Source: Planctomycetes bacterium GWF2_41_51
Lineage (GTDB): Bacteria > Planctomycetota > Phycisphaerae > Sedimentisphaerales > UBA12454
Assembly (NCBI GenBank): GCA_001825665.1
Contig: MHXZ01000042.1
Span: 35,599-99,598 of the forward strand
Direction: 5' to 3'
Length of the DNA stretch: 64,000 bases
The position numbers were made by a program, and so were the translations under genes. This document shows, in pieces, positions 1 to 10,039 of this stretch (position 1 is its first letter; each line of letters starts with the position of its first letter). The notes below the pieces were generated by a model. That model had not been told where the DNA came from, made no database searches, and worked only from the letters and a program-made list of their open reading frames with translations.

Positions 1-813
1 TTTGATTTTAAACGACTTATCGATATGAACGATTTTCAATTTCCTTAAATCGCCCGTCCATTTATAGACCGTTTTTTTCAGGGCTGAGAGCTTATCAATT
101 TTTTTCTTAAGTCCTGCCGCCCCCTCGAATTGCAGTTCTTTAGCCGCCTTTTGCATTTCTATTTGAAAATTATTTATAGCTGTCTCAGGTTCAGCCCCTG
201 CCGAAAAAGCCTCGTTGATTATTTGTTTATATTCTTCAAAACTAATTTTCCCCGCGCAAACCCCGACGCACGCATCCATCTGCATATAAGGACAGCTTTG
301 GCCGTCACTTACATGCTCACGCTTTCTGCACAATTTATACACATCTTCAAGGATATTCATAAAAACCGAGGCTGATTTTTGTGTTGGGAAAGGGCCGAGT
401 ATTTTTTCACCGGCTTTAAATGATGGCTTTCTCGTAACGCAAAAGAAAGGAATTTTGTCATTAATATTAACACTCAGATACCACGGCCAAACAAGCGTAA
501 TATAGTCTTTATAATTAGTTGTGAATAAACGCTTTACAGCTTCATAATGTATGATTGCCAGTCGAAATTTACACTGGCAGGCTTTGTAATAAATTTTTGC
601 TGTGATGCTTTTTAAATCCGCTCTTTTGGTTTTTTCCTGCTGTTCGGCTAATTTTGTTTTAGCGGTGCGTCTGATGTTCGCGGTTGTCAGAAGTGTTATT
701 GGATTATTTTGATTATCTGTAAAAAGAACAAGACCTGCCGAGCTTGGCAGGTCTGAAATATTATCTTGTGTCGAAATTGATTTTTCAAAAATTTCGTCTA
801 TTGGGTTTCCCAT
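1..813 (-). CDS. UvrC-like protein; only the N-terminal 271 codons are visible because the gene runs off the window edge
   Basis: Open minus-strand frame from ATG (813-811) to position 1. It is absent from the ORF track because it has no stop in the window. My translation reads MGNPIDEIFEK...SCPYMQMDACVGVCAGKISFEEYKQ...IEMQKAAKELQFEGAAGLKKKIDKL. That is the Cys cluster plus UVR helix arrangement of the UvrC N-terminal half. The GIY-YIG-equivalent region (AGLVLF..PITLLTTANIRR) looks degenerate. The start overlaps the upstream stop (TGATG). Confidence 0.55.
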   Translation of the reverse strand, partial: MGNPIDEIFEKSISTQDNISDLPSSAGLVLFTDNQNNPITLLTTANIRRTAKTKLAEQQEKTKRADLKSITAKIYYKACQCKFRLAIIHYEAVKRLFTTNYKDYITLVWPWYLSVNINDKIPFFCVTRKPSFKAGEKILGPFPTQKSASVFMNILEDVYKLCRKREHVSDGQSCPYMQMDACVGVCAGKISFEEYKQIINEAFSAGAEPETAINNFQIEMQKAAKELQFEGAAGLKKKIDKLSALKKTVYKWTGDLRKLKIVHIDKSFKIK

Positions 814-1286
814 CAGACATTAAGGCCGGAAACCACGGTATCGAAAACCATCGTTCCATCCACAATTCCCTGAACTACGCAGGTATAAAGCCTTCTTTTG
901 AAAACAGTTATGTGACCCAGTAAATAAAGCCTTTTGCCAGGCGATACAGTTTTGCGGAACTTCGCGCTGTCGATACTCGCAAATCCGATAAAGCCAGGCA
1001 ACTGATAAACGTGCTTAACAAAAACGCTCGAAAGCTGGGCCGCCGCTTCAACCATTATTACTGCCGGCATAAGAGGCCTGCCGGGAATATGGCCGCGAAT
1101 CCAGAATTCATTTTCAGTTACATCTTTGTAGCCGAGGATGAGAAATTTTTCCTTGTCGTACCAAATAATTCCATCAAGGTGCTGCATTTCATAACGCTGC
1201 GGATTAACTGCTTGAATCTCTTCTTTGGTTATGACGATCTTATTTAAGTCGATCTTTGATAAATCGAACAATTCTGTCGGGGGCAT
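813..1286 (-). CDS. FabZ/FabA-like 3-hydroxyacyl-ACP dehydratase (hotdog fold)
   Basis: 157 aa. The motif HIPGRPLMPAVIMVEAAAQ matches the FabZ active-site His/Glu region. Confidence 0.7.
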   Translation of the reverse strand: MPPTELFDLSKIDLNKIVITKEEIQAVNPQRYEMQHLDGIIWYDKEKFLILGYKDVTENEFWIRGHIPGRPLMPAVIMVEAAAQLSSVFVKHVYQLPGFIGFASIDSAKFRKTVSPGKRLYLLGHITVFKRRLYTCVVQGIVDGTMVFDTVVSGLNV

Positions 1287-1442
1287 TAATTTCCTTTTAC
1301 CTTTCTATAAATAATATCAAACAGAGTTACAGAAGTAATCTGTGTGAAAACCAACAAATCCCTTAACTCGTCCGTGAACAGAATACGAACCAGCGTTTCC
1401 TCAGCACGAGCTGAAAGAATGAATTGTCTTACCGCCGAATAG

Positions 1443-1616
1443 TTATTCAACTACTCTGATTTCAAGAATTTTATTCCTGACGGTTTGCGCAGCCTGTTTG
1501 ATTTGCTGCATCTGCTTGCGAACTCTTGTGCCCGCAGCTTTGTTTCCGCCTTCAGCTTTCTTGATATCGCTATCGGCTTCTTCGATAAGTCTTTTAAGTT
1601 CTTCGTATTCCTGCAT
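1443..1616 (-). CDS. Histone H1-like DNA-binding protein, Hc1 family
   Basis: GGNKAAGTRVRKQMQQIKQAAQTVRNKILE resembles chlamydial Hc1 (KGNKAAAQRVR...). I moved the start to MQEYEEL (ATG 1616), which has a GGAGG 8 nt upstream. The track ORF start at 1676 is probably an upstream extension. Confidence 0.7.
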   Translation of the reverse strand: MQEYEELKRLIEEADSDIKKAEGGNKAAGTRVRKQMQQIKQAAQTVRNKILEIRVVE

Positions 1617-1669
1617 AATCGTAGCCTCCATTCTAAAAATGGTATTTTGACAAAACTTTATACTGTCGG

Positions 1670-1683
1670 TTGACAATTGTCAA
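1670..1683. promoter_or_regulatory. Perfect 14-bp palindrome TTGACAATTGTCAA in the Hc1 upstream region (contains a TTGACA -35-like hexamer on both strands)
   Basis: Read directly from the sequence, about 55 nt upstream of the Hc1-like start. Confidence 0.35.
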
Positions 1684-1713
1684 AAAAAATCTGCGTTTTT
1701 AAAGGAAAAATCA

Positions 1714-2190
1714 TTATTTGAAGAGAATTTTTGTTAAATCTGCTATCTTTTTGCCTGCTCTTTTGCATTGTGTCTCGACTCGTTCATCAGGTTTATTAAT
1801 AGATACCGGCCCGTAATGGTCTCCCATTGCTTCGCCGGGCACAATCATTCCGTGAATCAGCATCGCTTCGAGAATGCCCATAATAGTAGTTTCATTTCCT
1901 CCGCCGATATTTGCCGAACTTGCGAACGCCCCGCCGATCTTGCCGGCAAGGCTTCCATGCTTGGTCACCGAATCTGTTAGAAGCTGCATAATTGGTGCTG
2001 CCATTTGGCCGTAATAAGTTGGGGAACCTATTACTATTGCATCGGCTTCCAATAAATCATCAACTATAGTCTTTTCGACAGCTTTGCATTCAGTTGGTAA
2101 GCTGCTGTCATTCATAGACTTGGCTATGATTTCAGCCATTTTTTTTGTATTGCCGCTTTTCGAAAAATAAATTACAAGCCCTTTAGCCAT
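1714..2190 (-). CDS. Flavodoxin-family protein
   Basis: N-terminal FMN-phosphate loop LVIYFSKSGNTKKMAE; 158 aa. Confidence 0.75.
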   Translation of the reverse strand: MAKGLVIYFSKSGNTKKMAEIIAKSMNDSSLPTECKAVEKTIVDDLLEADAIVIGSPTYYGQMAAPIMQLLTDSVTKHGSLAGKIGGAFASSANIGGGNETTIMGILEAMLIHGMIVPGEAMGDHYGPVSINKPDERVETQCKRAGKKIADLTKILFK

Positions 2191-2305
2191 AATTCGCTCC
2201 TTTCCTTGTTCATTTCGAACAAAGTAAATAATTGATGGTATTATTTTAAATTAATCTACGAATTTTGCACGAAATATAAATAGCGATTTTCCTGTTTTAA
2301 TAATC

Positions 2306-2333
2306 TTGACTACAAAATAGCTTTTATTATAAT
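2306..2333 (+). promoter_or_regulatory. Sigma70-like promoter for glnS (TTGACT-16 nt-TATAAT)
   Basis: Hexamers read directly at 2306-2311 and 2328-2333. Confidence 0.4.
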
Positions 2334-2380
2334 CTTTTTATTCGTAAGACTTTAAAAAATAAAGGGTTAGGTATATAAAT

Positions 2381-4072
2381 ATGTCAGAGCAAAATGATAA
2401 TCAGCAAAAATTGGATTTTGTACGTCAGATAGTTGCCGACGATTGCCAAAGCGGTAAATGGGACGGAAGAGTTGTAACGCGTTTCCCTCCGGAACCAAAC
2501 GGCTACCTGCACATCGGACACGCCAAAAGCATCTGCCTTAACTTCGGTATCGCGTCAGAGTTCGGCGGCAAATGCCACCTGCGGTTTGATGACACGAATC
2601 CGGAAAAGGAAGAACAGGAATATGTCGATTCTATCATCGAAGATGTGAAATGGCTCGGCTGGGATTGGGGACAGAACCTTTTTTTCGGCTCAGATTATTT
2701 TCAGCAGATGTACGATTGGGCGGTAGAGCTGATTAAAAAAGGCAAGGCATATGTCTGTGATTTGACCGGCGAAGAAATCCGCCAGACTCGCGGCACACCG
2801 ACTCAACCGGGCAAAGATAGTCCGTATAGAAACAGAAGTGTCGATGAAAACCTCGACCTTTTTGAAAAAATGCGCAAGGGCGAATTTCCCGATGGCTCAA
2901 AAACGCTTCGAGCCAAAATTGACATGGCCAGTCCCAATTTTAACTTGCGCGATCCTGTGATGTACAGAATCGTCCACGCATCTCATCACCGCACCGCCGA
3001 CAATTGGTGCATTTATCCGATGTACGATTGGGCGCATGGCCTTGAAGATTCAATCGAAAAAATCACACATTCGATTTGTACTCTCGAATTCGAAAATCAC
3101 AGACCATTGTATGACTGGTTCCTTGACCAACTCGGAATTTATCATCCGCAGCAGATTGAGTTTGCTCGTTTGAATCTGACATATACAGTAATGAGCAAAC
3201 GCAAACTTTTAAAGCTTGTGCAGGAAAAATTAGTTGCAGGCTGGGATGACCCGCGAATGCCGACAATCGGCGGGATGAGAAGACGAGGCTTTTCCCCTTC
3301 CGCGATAAGGAATTTCTGCGATAAAATCAGTGTAAACAAGTTTAACAGTACGATTGACTTTGCACTTTTGCAGCATTGTTTGCGTGAAGATTTAAATAAA
3401 ACTTCGCCGCGAGTAATGGCCGTTCTTAACCCTGTTAAAGTGGTTATCGAAAATTATCCCGAAGATAAAGTAGAATATCTTGATGCGATAAATAATCCGG
3501 AAGACCCGACAGCAGGCAGCAGACAAATTCCGTTCTCAAGAGAAATATATATTGAGCGTGATGACTTTATGGAAGACGCTCCTAAAAAATTCTTCCGCCT
3601 GACTCCCGGCCGTGAAGTGCGTTTGCGTTACGCATATTTTATTATTTGCACAAGCGTAATTAAAGATCCAGCGGGCAATATAACAGAGATTCACTGCACG
3701 TACGACCCCGCCACAAAAGGCGGCGATGCGCCTGACGGCAGAAAAGTAAAATCGACATTGCACTGGGTCTGCGCAAAAAACGCGATAGATGCCGAAGCAA
3801 GAATGTACGAACATTTATTTACAAAAGAAAATCCAGATGACGTAGAAGAGGGAAAAGATTTCACTGCATATCTAAATCCCAATTCATTGAACGTGCTTTC
3901 AAATTGCAAAGTCGAACCTTATTTAAAGGATGTAAAATCATTAAGCAGATGGCAGTTTGAACGATTGGGCTATTTCTGTGTTGATACTGATAGTAAAGAC
4001 GGCAAATTGATTTTCAATCGCACAGCAACCCTGCGCGATGAATGGGCAAAAATCCAACAAAACTCTAAATAA
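2381..4072 (+). CDS. glnS: Glutaminyl-tRNA synthetase
   Basis: Class I HIGH motif ([14 protein letters not shown]) and a KMSKS-like motif (VMSKRKL). Length is 563 aa and the C-terminal anticodon-binding region is GlnRS-like. Confidence 0.93.
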   Translation: MSEQNDNQQKLDFVRQIVADDCQSGKWDGRVVTRFPPEPNGYLHIGHAKSICLNFGIASEFGGKCHLRFDDTNPEKEEQEYVDSIIEDVKWLGWDWGQNLFFGSDYFQQMYDWAVELIKKGKAYVCDLTGEEIRQTRGTPTQPGKDSPYRNRSVDENLDLFEKMRKGEFPDGSKTLRAKIDMASPNFNLRDPVMYRIVHASHHRTADNWCIYPMYDWAHGLEDSIEKITHSICTLEFENHRPLYDWFLDQLGIYHPQQIEFARLNLTYTVMSKRKLLKLVQEKLVAGWDDPRMPTIGGMRRRGFSPSAIRNFCDKISVNKFNSTIDFALLQHCLREDLNKTSPRVMAVLNPVKVVIENYPEDKVEYLDAINNPEDPTAGSRQIPFSREIYIERDDFMEDAPKKFFRLTPGREVRLRYAYFIICTSVIKDPAGNITEIHCTYDPATKGGDAPDGRKVKSTLHWVCAKNAIDAEARMYEHLFTKENPDDVEEGKDFTAYLNPNSLNVLSNCKVEPYLKDVKSLSRWQFERLGYFCVDTDSKDGKLIFNRTATLRDEWAKIQQNSK

Positions 4073-4088
4073 TGGAGCAATCAGTTAG

Positions 4089-4451
4089 CTATTTCCCCAG
4101 TATCATTCTCATAGAAATTATCAGCAGAAATATTCCGAATATTTTCTTTAAAAGATGTTCAGGAATGCCGACAGCGAGTTTGGCTCCAAGCAATCCGCCG
4201 ATTAAGAAACCAATGCACATTAATCCCGCGATTTTTACATCTACATAGCCTTTCTGATAGTACATCCATGCCGCCAGGATTCCAATGGGGGGAACCATCA
4301 TGGCTAAAGTCGTTCCCTGGGCCATATATTGTGTCATTCCGAACAGGAAAACCAAAGCCGGAATAATAACCGTTGCCCCGCCTATGCCGATAAGTCCGCT
4401 TAAAATTCCAGCACAAAGCCCTAATAACAGATAAAGAGGAACATTAGACAT
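4089..4451 (-). CDS. TauE/SafE (TSUP) family membrane protein, half-size (120 aa)
   Basis: GILSGLIGIGGATVIIPALVFLFG is typical of TSUP transporters. There are about 4 TM segments. Confidence 0.65.
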   Translation of the reverse strand: MSNVPLYLLLGLCAGILSGLIGIGGATVIIPALVFLFGMTQYMAQGTTLAMMVPPIGILAAWMYYQKGYVDVKIAGLMCIGFLIGGLLGAKLAVGIPEHLLKKIFGIFLLIISMRMILGK

Positions 4452-4567
4452 TTCTAATCCTTTCTTATTTCATGCCCCTGCTTTCGCCTGAGCAGTTTAT
4501 TTTTGATTTTTAAATTTTGCAGGTTATTATATAAACATGAGCTGTATAAGGAAAGTATAGTATCAAA

Positions 4568-5056
4568 ATGTACGAAAAATTCTATAGAGCTGTCTTTTTT
4601 TCCATATTCTCTTTGATAGGGATATTGTCCGTTTCTTTGGCTATTCTCGGCCCGGAGTGGAAGCACCTATATAAAATCAAAGCCGCTGCAATACAATCCG
4701 AGCAGAACAATGCTAAAATCGAACAGCTTCTTGATGACCATCAGTCGCTGATTAACCTGATAAATACCGATCCGAATATCTTAATTCGCCTTGCCCCCGT
4801 TGAACTTGGCGAAACTCAACAGGACCCCAATGCTTTTGTAACGCAGTTGACTGCCGATGCGCTTTCACAGGCAAAAGCAGTTATTGACCAGACCGCAGCC
4901 GATAATGCTGCTTTTGATAGTACTCAAACCCCGACATGGCTTCTTCGTGCGACAGTTGATTCATCACGCATAGTTTTATTTACTGCCGGTGCCGGATTGA
5001 TTCTTGTTTCATTCGTTTGTTTCAGTACACCAGCACGAAAGTCTAAAAAAAGCTGA
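4568..5056 (+). CDS. Hypothetical membrane protein (N- and C-terminal TM segments)
   Basis: ORF with hydrophobic ends, abutting the dus start. No recognisable motif. Confidence 0.4.
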   Translation: MYEKFYRAVFFSIFSLIGILSVSLAILGPEWKHLYKIKAAAIQSEQNNAKIEQLLDDHQSLINLINTDPNILIRLAPVELGETQQDPNAFVTQLTADALSQAKAVIDQTAADNAAFDSTQTPTWLLRATVDSSRIVLFTAGAGLILVSFVCFSTPARKSKKS

Positions 5057-6030
5057 TGCAGATAGGAAAATTAAAATTTAAAATGCCTATGCTGCAGGCG
5101 GCTCTCAGCGGCTATACCGACCGAGCAATGCGAATGCTCGCAAGACGGTTTGGATGTGAATTGACTTTCAGCGGGGTAATGCTTGATAAATGCGCCTGCC
5201 ATAAATCCGTGCTCAGGATGAAAAATTATCAAATTCACGAGGATGACCACCCTATCGGCGGGCAACTCCTCGGCACTGACCCCAAAATTATGGCACAAGC
5301 TGCGCAAAATTTTGTTAATCAGGGATATGATGTAATAGATTTAAATTTCGCCTGCCCTGCTCCCAAAGTTTTGCGAAGAGGCAGAGGCGGCGCAATGCTA
5401 GACAATCCCAGACTGGTAATAGAAATATTCCGCGCTGTTAGAGATGCTGTTAATTGCCCGCTTATGATGAAATTGCGAATAGGTATTGACGAAAGCGAAG
5501 CAGCACGGGAAGATTTTTGGCGGATTTGCGAAGATGCAATTTCGGGCGGTGTTGATGCACTGATTGTACACGGCAGGACCACATCGCAGTATTTCAGGGG
5601 AAAAGCGGACTGGAGCGTTATTGAGGAGCTGAAGAAAAAATATCCTGCGGCAACTATAATCGGAAGCGGCGATTTGTTCGAGGCTGCGGATATTATTGAA
5701 AAGATGAAAATAGCGGGAATTGACGGGGTCGCAATCGCACGCGGCGCGATTGGAAAACCATGGCTTTTCAGGCAGATTATTGACCAACTCGAAGGCGAGA
5801 CAGAAATTTACAAACCTGATATTTCGGAACAGGGCAGAATCATTCTTGACCACCTTGATATGCTCTGCGAGCTTTATGAACCGAAGAAACGAGTCTGGTA
5901 TTTCAGGAAATTCCTCGCTCATTACAGCAAAGGACACGCAGCCGGAAGAAAACTCAAAATGGAACTCGTAACTGCCCATGATGAAGACCAATTGAGAACC
6001 GCCATAAAAAAATGGTATGACGTCAGCTAA
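5056..6030 (+). CDS. dus: tRNA-dihydrouridine synthase
   Basis: SGYTDRAMRMLARRFG, DLNFACP and VHGRT motifs of the Dus TIM barrel. Confidence 0.85.
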   Translation: MQIGKLKFKMPMLQAALSGYTDRAMRMLARRFGCELTFSGVMLDKCACHKSVLRMKNYQIHEDDHPIGGQLLGTDPKIMAQAAQNFVNQGYDVIDLNFACPAPKVLRRGRGGAMLDNPRLVIEIFRAVRDAVNCPLMMKLRIGIDESEAAREDFWRICEDAISGGVDALIVHGRTTSQYFRGKADWSVIEELKKKYPAATIIGSGDLFEAADIIEKMKIAGIDGVAIARGAIGKPWLFRQIIDQLEGETEIYKPDISEQGRIILDHLDMLCELYEPKKRVWYFRKFLAHYSKGHAAGRKLKMELVTAHDEDQLRTAIKKWYDVS

Positions 6031-6052
6031 TTCCTATGGTATTATGTGAAAT

Positions 6053-6532
6053 ATGGCGAAAGACGAAAAAAAGACCAGGCACATACCCAAAATGGAGAAC
6101 CGAAAGGCCTTTTTCGATTACGAAATAGTCGAAAAAATCGAGGCCGGTATGTCCCTTTTCGGCAGCGAAGTAAAATCGCTTCGGGAAGGCGGTGCCGATT
6201 TAACAGGATCATTTGCCAGAATCGAGTCCAATCAATGCTGGCTGCTCGGCTGCAACATCGCACAATATAAACAAGCGCACATCCGCAATCACGACCCGCT
6301 GCGAAAACGAAAGCTGCTCCTCCACAAAAAACAGATACTGAAAATTAACAGTCGCTTACAGCAGAAAGGGCTGACTCTTGTTCCGCTTCGAATTTATTTT
6401 TCAGAGCGCGGCTTTGCAAAAATAGAACTGGCGCTGGCAACAGGCAAACGGCAATACGATAAACGAGAAAAGCTTAAACAAAGACAGCAAAAAGGCGATA
6501 TAGCTCGAAGCATGAGAAAATATAAAAGGTAA
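6053..6532 (+). CDS. smpB: SsrA-binding protein SmpB
   Basis: NRKAFFDYEI..EAG..L.GSEVKSLR and LLLHKKQI motifs; 159 aa. Confidence 0.9.
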   Translation: MAKDEKKTRHIPKMENRKAFFDYEIVEKIEAGMSLFGSEVKSLREGGADLTGSFARIESNQCWLLGCNIAQYKQAHIRNHDPLRKRKLLLHKKQILKINSRLQQKGLTLVPLRIYFSERGFAKIELALATGKRQYDKREKLKQRQQKGDIARSMRKYKR

Positions 6533-6575
6533 AGATTGTTATTGTAAATTAATGAAAATTTATTAGGTGATTATT

Positions 6576-6953
6576 ATGGCAGATGAAAAAAACCAGGAAA
6601 AGAAAATTATCGTTGATGAAGACTGGAAAAACAAAGCTCAAAAAGAAAAAGAAGTTTTGAAGGAAAAAGATGAAGTGAAGGATGAAACCGGGCAGCATGA
6701 GCACGAACTTCCAGCCGGTGATTTCAATGCGCTTGTCAGTTTATTGGCTACACAGGCAATGTTCGCTCTTGGCTTGATTACCACAGAAAAAGGGAAAGAG
6801 CCGCCCAAGGATTTAAAGCTTGCAAAGTTTCATATCGACATCCTCGATTCTCTTGAACAAAAAACAAAAGGAAATTTAACTGAGCAGGAACAAACATTCC
6901 TTTCGACAACTTTAACCCAGCTTCGTATGGCTTTTGTTGAAATGTCTAAATAA
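6576..6953 (+). CDS. DUF1844-like protein
   Basis: FNALVSLLATQAMFALGL resembles the DUF1844 core. The start was moved to ATG 6576, which follows AGGTGA. Confidence 0.45.
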   Translation: MADEKNQEKKIIVDEDWKNKAQKEKEVLKEKDEVKDETGQHEHELPAGDFNALVSLLATQAMFALGLITTEKGKEPPKDLKLAKFHIDILDSLEQKTKGNLTEQEQTFLSTTLTQLRMAFVEMSK

Positions 6954-6955
6954 TC

Positions 6956-7765
6956 GTGGCAAATATATTAAAAGAAATTATTGATTACAAACGCAGTGAA
7001 GTTGCGCAGCAGAAAACAATTGTTCCCATTGAACAATTGATGGAACAAGTAAGGGAACTGCCGCGATGCCGTAATTTTCACAAAGCAGTTACGAAACAAA
7101 ACCCGCGCGGCATAAATGTCATTGCAGAGATTAAAAAAGCCTCACCTTCAGCAGGTTTGATTCGTCCGAATTTTGATCCGGTGCAAATTGCTAAAATTTA
7201 TGAACAGTGCGGCGCCGATGCTATCAGCGTTTTAACTGATGAAAAATATTTTCAAGGCAAACTCGAATATCTCACGCAAGTAAAAAATACAGTTTCAATT
7301 CCCGTGCTGCGTAAAGATTTCATTATCGATGAATATCAAATTTATGAAGCGCGTGCCGCCGGTGCAGATGCGATACTTCTAATTGCGGAAGCATTTGAAC
7401 CAACGGAAGGCCGGTTTCTGGATTTAATGATTCTTGCCGCCGAACTGAGTCTGACGGTACTGTTAGAAGTACATTGTGCCGATTCACTTCTTCGCGCAAG
7501 GAGTATGATTGGGTTTCCGAAAGCTCATTACAGCGTTATAGGAATAAACAACCGCAATCTCGAAACGATGAAAGTGGATTTGAACACAACCGTAAGACTT
7601 GCTGAACTTGCGGATGTGCAAAAAGGCCTTGTTGCTGAAAGCGGATTCAAAACGAAGAGTGATGTTGAAAAAGTAAAACGCTGTGGAGCATCTGCAATTC
7701 TCATAGGCGAAACGTTATGCAAATCTCCAGACATAGCTGAAAAATTTAGGGAGCTTTTCAGTTAA
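6956..7765 (+). CDS. trpC: Indole-3-glycerol-phosphate synthase
   Basis: IAEIKKASPSAG, SVLTD..YFQG and VLRKDFIID motifs. Confidence 0.9.
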   Translation: MANILKEIIDYKRSEVAQQKTIVPIEQLMEQVRELPRCRNFHKAVTKQNPRGINVIAEIKKASPSAGLIRPNFDPVQIAKIYEQCGADAISVLTDEKYFQGKLEYLTQVKNTVSIPVLRKDFIIDEYQIYEARAAGADAILLIAEAFEPTEGRFLDLMILAAELSLTVLLEVHCADSLLRARSMIGFPKAHYSVIGINNRNLETMKVDLNTTVRLAELADVQKGLVAESGFKTKSDVEKVKRCGASAILIGETLCKSPDIAEKFRELFS

Positions 7766-8920
7766 TCACGATTGTGATTTTATAAGTTGTTCGATAATCA
7801 TTTCTGCGGTGTTTTGAGAAGCGCTTAAACCGATTATGGGTTTTGTAAGTTCTGCGAGCGCTTCGCTCAAATCATTTAATTTATCAGGATTTTTCAGCAG
7901 AGATTCGGCCGTATTTGCGATGGGAGCGGTGGAATCGAAGTAAGGCATAAATTCTGGGACTAATTCTTTCTGCGATAAAATATTTACGAGCGAAAGATAT
8001 TTTGTTTTAACAATTCTTTTTCCGATGAGATTCCAAAGAAACTTGCTGGATTGATACATAATAACCATCGGGCAGGCAGCGGCAGCCACTTGGAGAGTTG
8101 CTGAGCCGCTGGCGACAAATGTGAAATCAACTTTTCTTGCAGTATTAAAAACCGTGTCTATGGAATATTCACAGCGGAGAGATTTTATTTCCGTGCTGCG
8201 GAGTTGTGCAGCAATTTTTTCATTTGTGGCAACAACGGTAATTTTGATTCCAGGGTGACGGGCTTTTAACTTTCTTGCAATCTGGAGCATTGGGGGCCAG
8301 AGTGATTTTATTTCAGCCGAGCGCGAGCCGGGCATAAGTGCGATATGTGCTTTAGAAATTGAAAAATTTTTATAGTTTTTAATGATGACTGAATCGGAGT
8401 TTATGTCCTCAAGCAAAGGATTACCGACAAATTTGCATTCAAGGCCTCTGGCGGCGAACCATTCCGGTTCGAAAGGCAAAATAGCGGCTAATCCGCTGGT
8501 GCAGAGGGATTTCAATTTTTTAATTCGCCATTCAGCCCATGCCCATAGCTGCGGAGCAACGTAGAAAAACGTCTTAATTCCCGCATTTTTAGCGGCCTTT
8601 GCGATATGAAAATTGAAGCTGGGGGAATCGCAAACCACGACTAAATCCGGTTTTGAGGCAGAAAAAAAGGTTTTCGCCCTTTTTATCGCTTTATAGAAGA
8701 AAAAAACCTGGCCAAAAGCATTATAGGTCATAGCGGCACGTTCGGTGGTATTAAGAATGATAGAACAGCCTGCCTGAGCCATATTGGGTCCACCAAAACC
8801 GGTGCATTCAAAATTGTAATTGCTTTTATTTAAAGCACTTATGAGTTTTGCGCAGAGTCTGTCACCACTCGGTTCTGCGGAACTGAAGAAAATCTTATAA
8901 GCTTTTTGGGTATCATCCAT
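7766..8920 (-). CDS. lpxB: Lipid-A-disaccharide synthase
   Basis: N-terminal FFSSAEPSGD, DSPSFNF and ALMPGSR motifs; 384 aa. Confidence 0.85.
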   Translation of the reverse strand: MDDTQKAYKIFFSSAEPSGDRLCAKLISALNKSNYNFECTGFGGPNMAQAGCSIILNTTERAAMTYNAFGQVFFFYKAIKRAKTFFSASKPDLVVVCDSPSFNFHIAKAAKNAGIKTFFYVAPQLWAWAEWRIKKLKSLCTSGLAAILPFEPEWFAARGLECKFVGNPLLEDINSDSVIIKNYKNFSISKAHIALMPGSRSAEIKSLWPPMLQIARKLKARHPGIKITVVATNEKIAAQLRSTEIKSLRCEYSIDTVFNTARKVDFTFVASGSATLQVAAAACPMVIMYQSSKFLWNLIGKRIVKTKYLSLVNILSQKELVPEFMPYFDSTAPIANTAESLLKNPDKLNDLSEALAELTKPIIGLSASQNTAEMIIEQLIKSQS

Positions 8921-9029
8921 AATTCTGAATATACTTTAATTTATAAAATTGAAGAAATAAAGCTAAAATTGGAACGTCTATATATAAGACAAACAAAGAT
9001 AAATTTATCGTTTATTATGGTTTTTTCGC

Positions 9030-9058
9030 TTGATTTTAGCTGTTAAAAAAAATACAAT
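9030..9058 (+). promoter_or_regulatory. Sigma70-like promoter (TTGATT-17 nt-TACAAT) of the first dockerin-tail paralog
   Basis: Hexamers at 9030-9035 and 9053-9058, followed 8 nt later by the conserved leader AATCAGCCTGAAAGTTTAAGTC (9066-9087). Confidence 0.5.
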
Positions 9059-9100
9059 ATATTAGAATCAGCCTGAAAGTTTAAGTCGTTATAATAAGTT

Positions 9101-9988
9101 ATGCGAGGTAAAATAAAACGTTGTGTGGGGCTGTTTATGTTGATTGTAAGCAGTTTCTGCATTTCATCAGCATACTGCGATCCTAATAATGGCAGGTTCG
9201 AGGTTTACGATTATAATGAAATTCTCGATATTAACCATCCTGCAGATTGGTATCATGATGCTAATTATACGGAGATTGTTCGTTTTCTATCACCGCGTTC
9301 TCCGCAATGGAAATTAAAAACCGATCTTCAACCGTTCGACGGTGACTATTTTCTTCTCCTTAGTACAGGCGCAGAAGATATAAGAGGTCTTGGAGAGCAT
9401 AGAGGATCAAAAGTCTGGCAAACAATTAATGTTGAAGCAGGAGATAAGCTTACCGGAGTATATTTTTTCGGAACTCTTGACTGGAACCCGTACCCAGATT
9501 GGGGGAAAATAACACTTATACCCCTTGAAACAGGTGAGCCGATGGAATTGGTTTATGTGGATGTATTAGATGTAGGCAGTTATAACAGCAGTGAAACAGG
9601 CTCAATGAGCGGATGGAAAAGATTCGAATATACCTTTGAAATAACGGGAACATACGAATTGATTGTCAGTGTGGCCGACTTTGATGATGCCGCATACGAT
9701 TCATTTTTCGCAGTTGATGGGTTGATTATATGTCATAATCCTCCTTTGAAAAACGATTTAAACTGTGATTGCACAGTAAATTTTGATGATTTTGCCCTTT
9801 TAGCAAATGACTGGATGTGCAACTGCAAAGACCCTGTTATCCATAACGATCCACAAAGTGACCCAAATCTTTATAATGACCCCAATAGTAACTGTTTGCT
9901 CGGAACTGATATAAATGAAGATGGTCCGGTTGATTTTGCAGATGTAAATAGTCTGGCAGAATACTGGCTTGAAGGCATAGAAGAATGA
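9101..9988 (+). CDS. Secreted protein with C-terminal dockerin-like (EF-hand-like) repeats, paralog A
   Basis: Signal peptide and a DPNNGRFE start of the mature part. The C-terminus carries DLNCDCTVNFDDFALLANDW and GTDINEDGPVDFADVNSLAEYWL. Confidence 0.7.
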   Translation: MRGKIKRCVGLFMLIVSSFCISSAYCDPNNGRFEVYDYNEILDINHPADWYHDANYTEIVRFLSPRSPQWKLKTDLQPFDGDYFLLLSTGAEDIRGLGEHRGSKVWQTINVEAGDKLTGVYFFGTLDWNPYPDWGKITLIPLETGEPMELVYVDVLDVGSYNSSETGSMSGWKRFEYTFEITGTYELIVSVADFDDAAYDSFFAVDGLIICHNPPLKNDLNCDCTVNFDDFALLANDWMCNCKDPVIHNDPQSDPNLYNDPNSNCLLGTDINEDGPVDFADVNSLAEYWLEGIEE

Positions 9989-10039
9989 AATTAAAAATAT
10001 AAAACTGAATCTAATAATGCCTTAATTGGGGTTTTCTCC

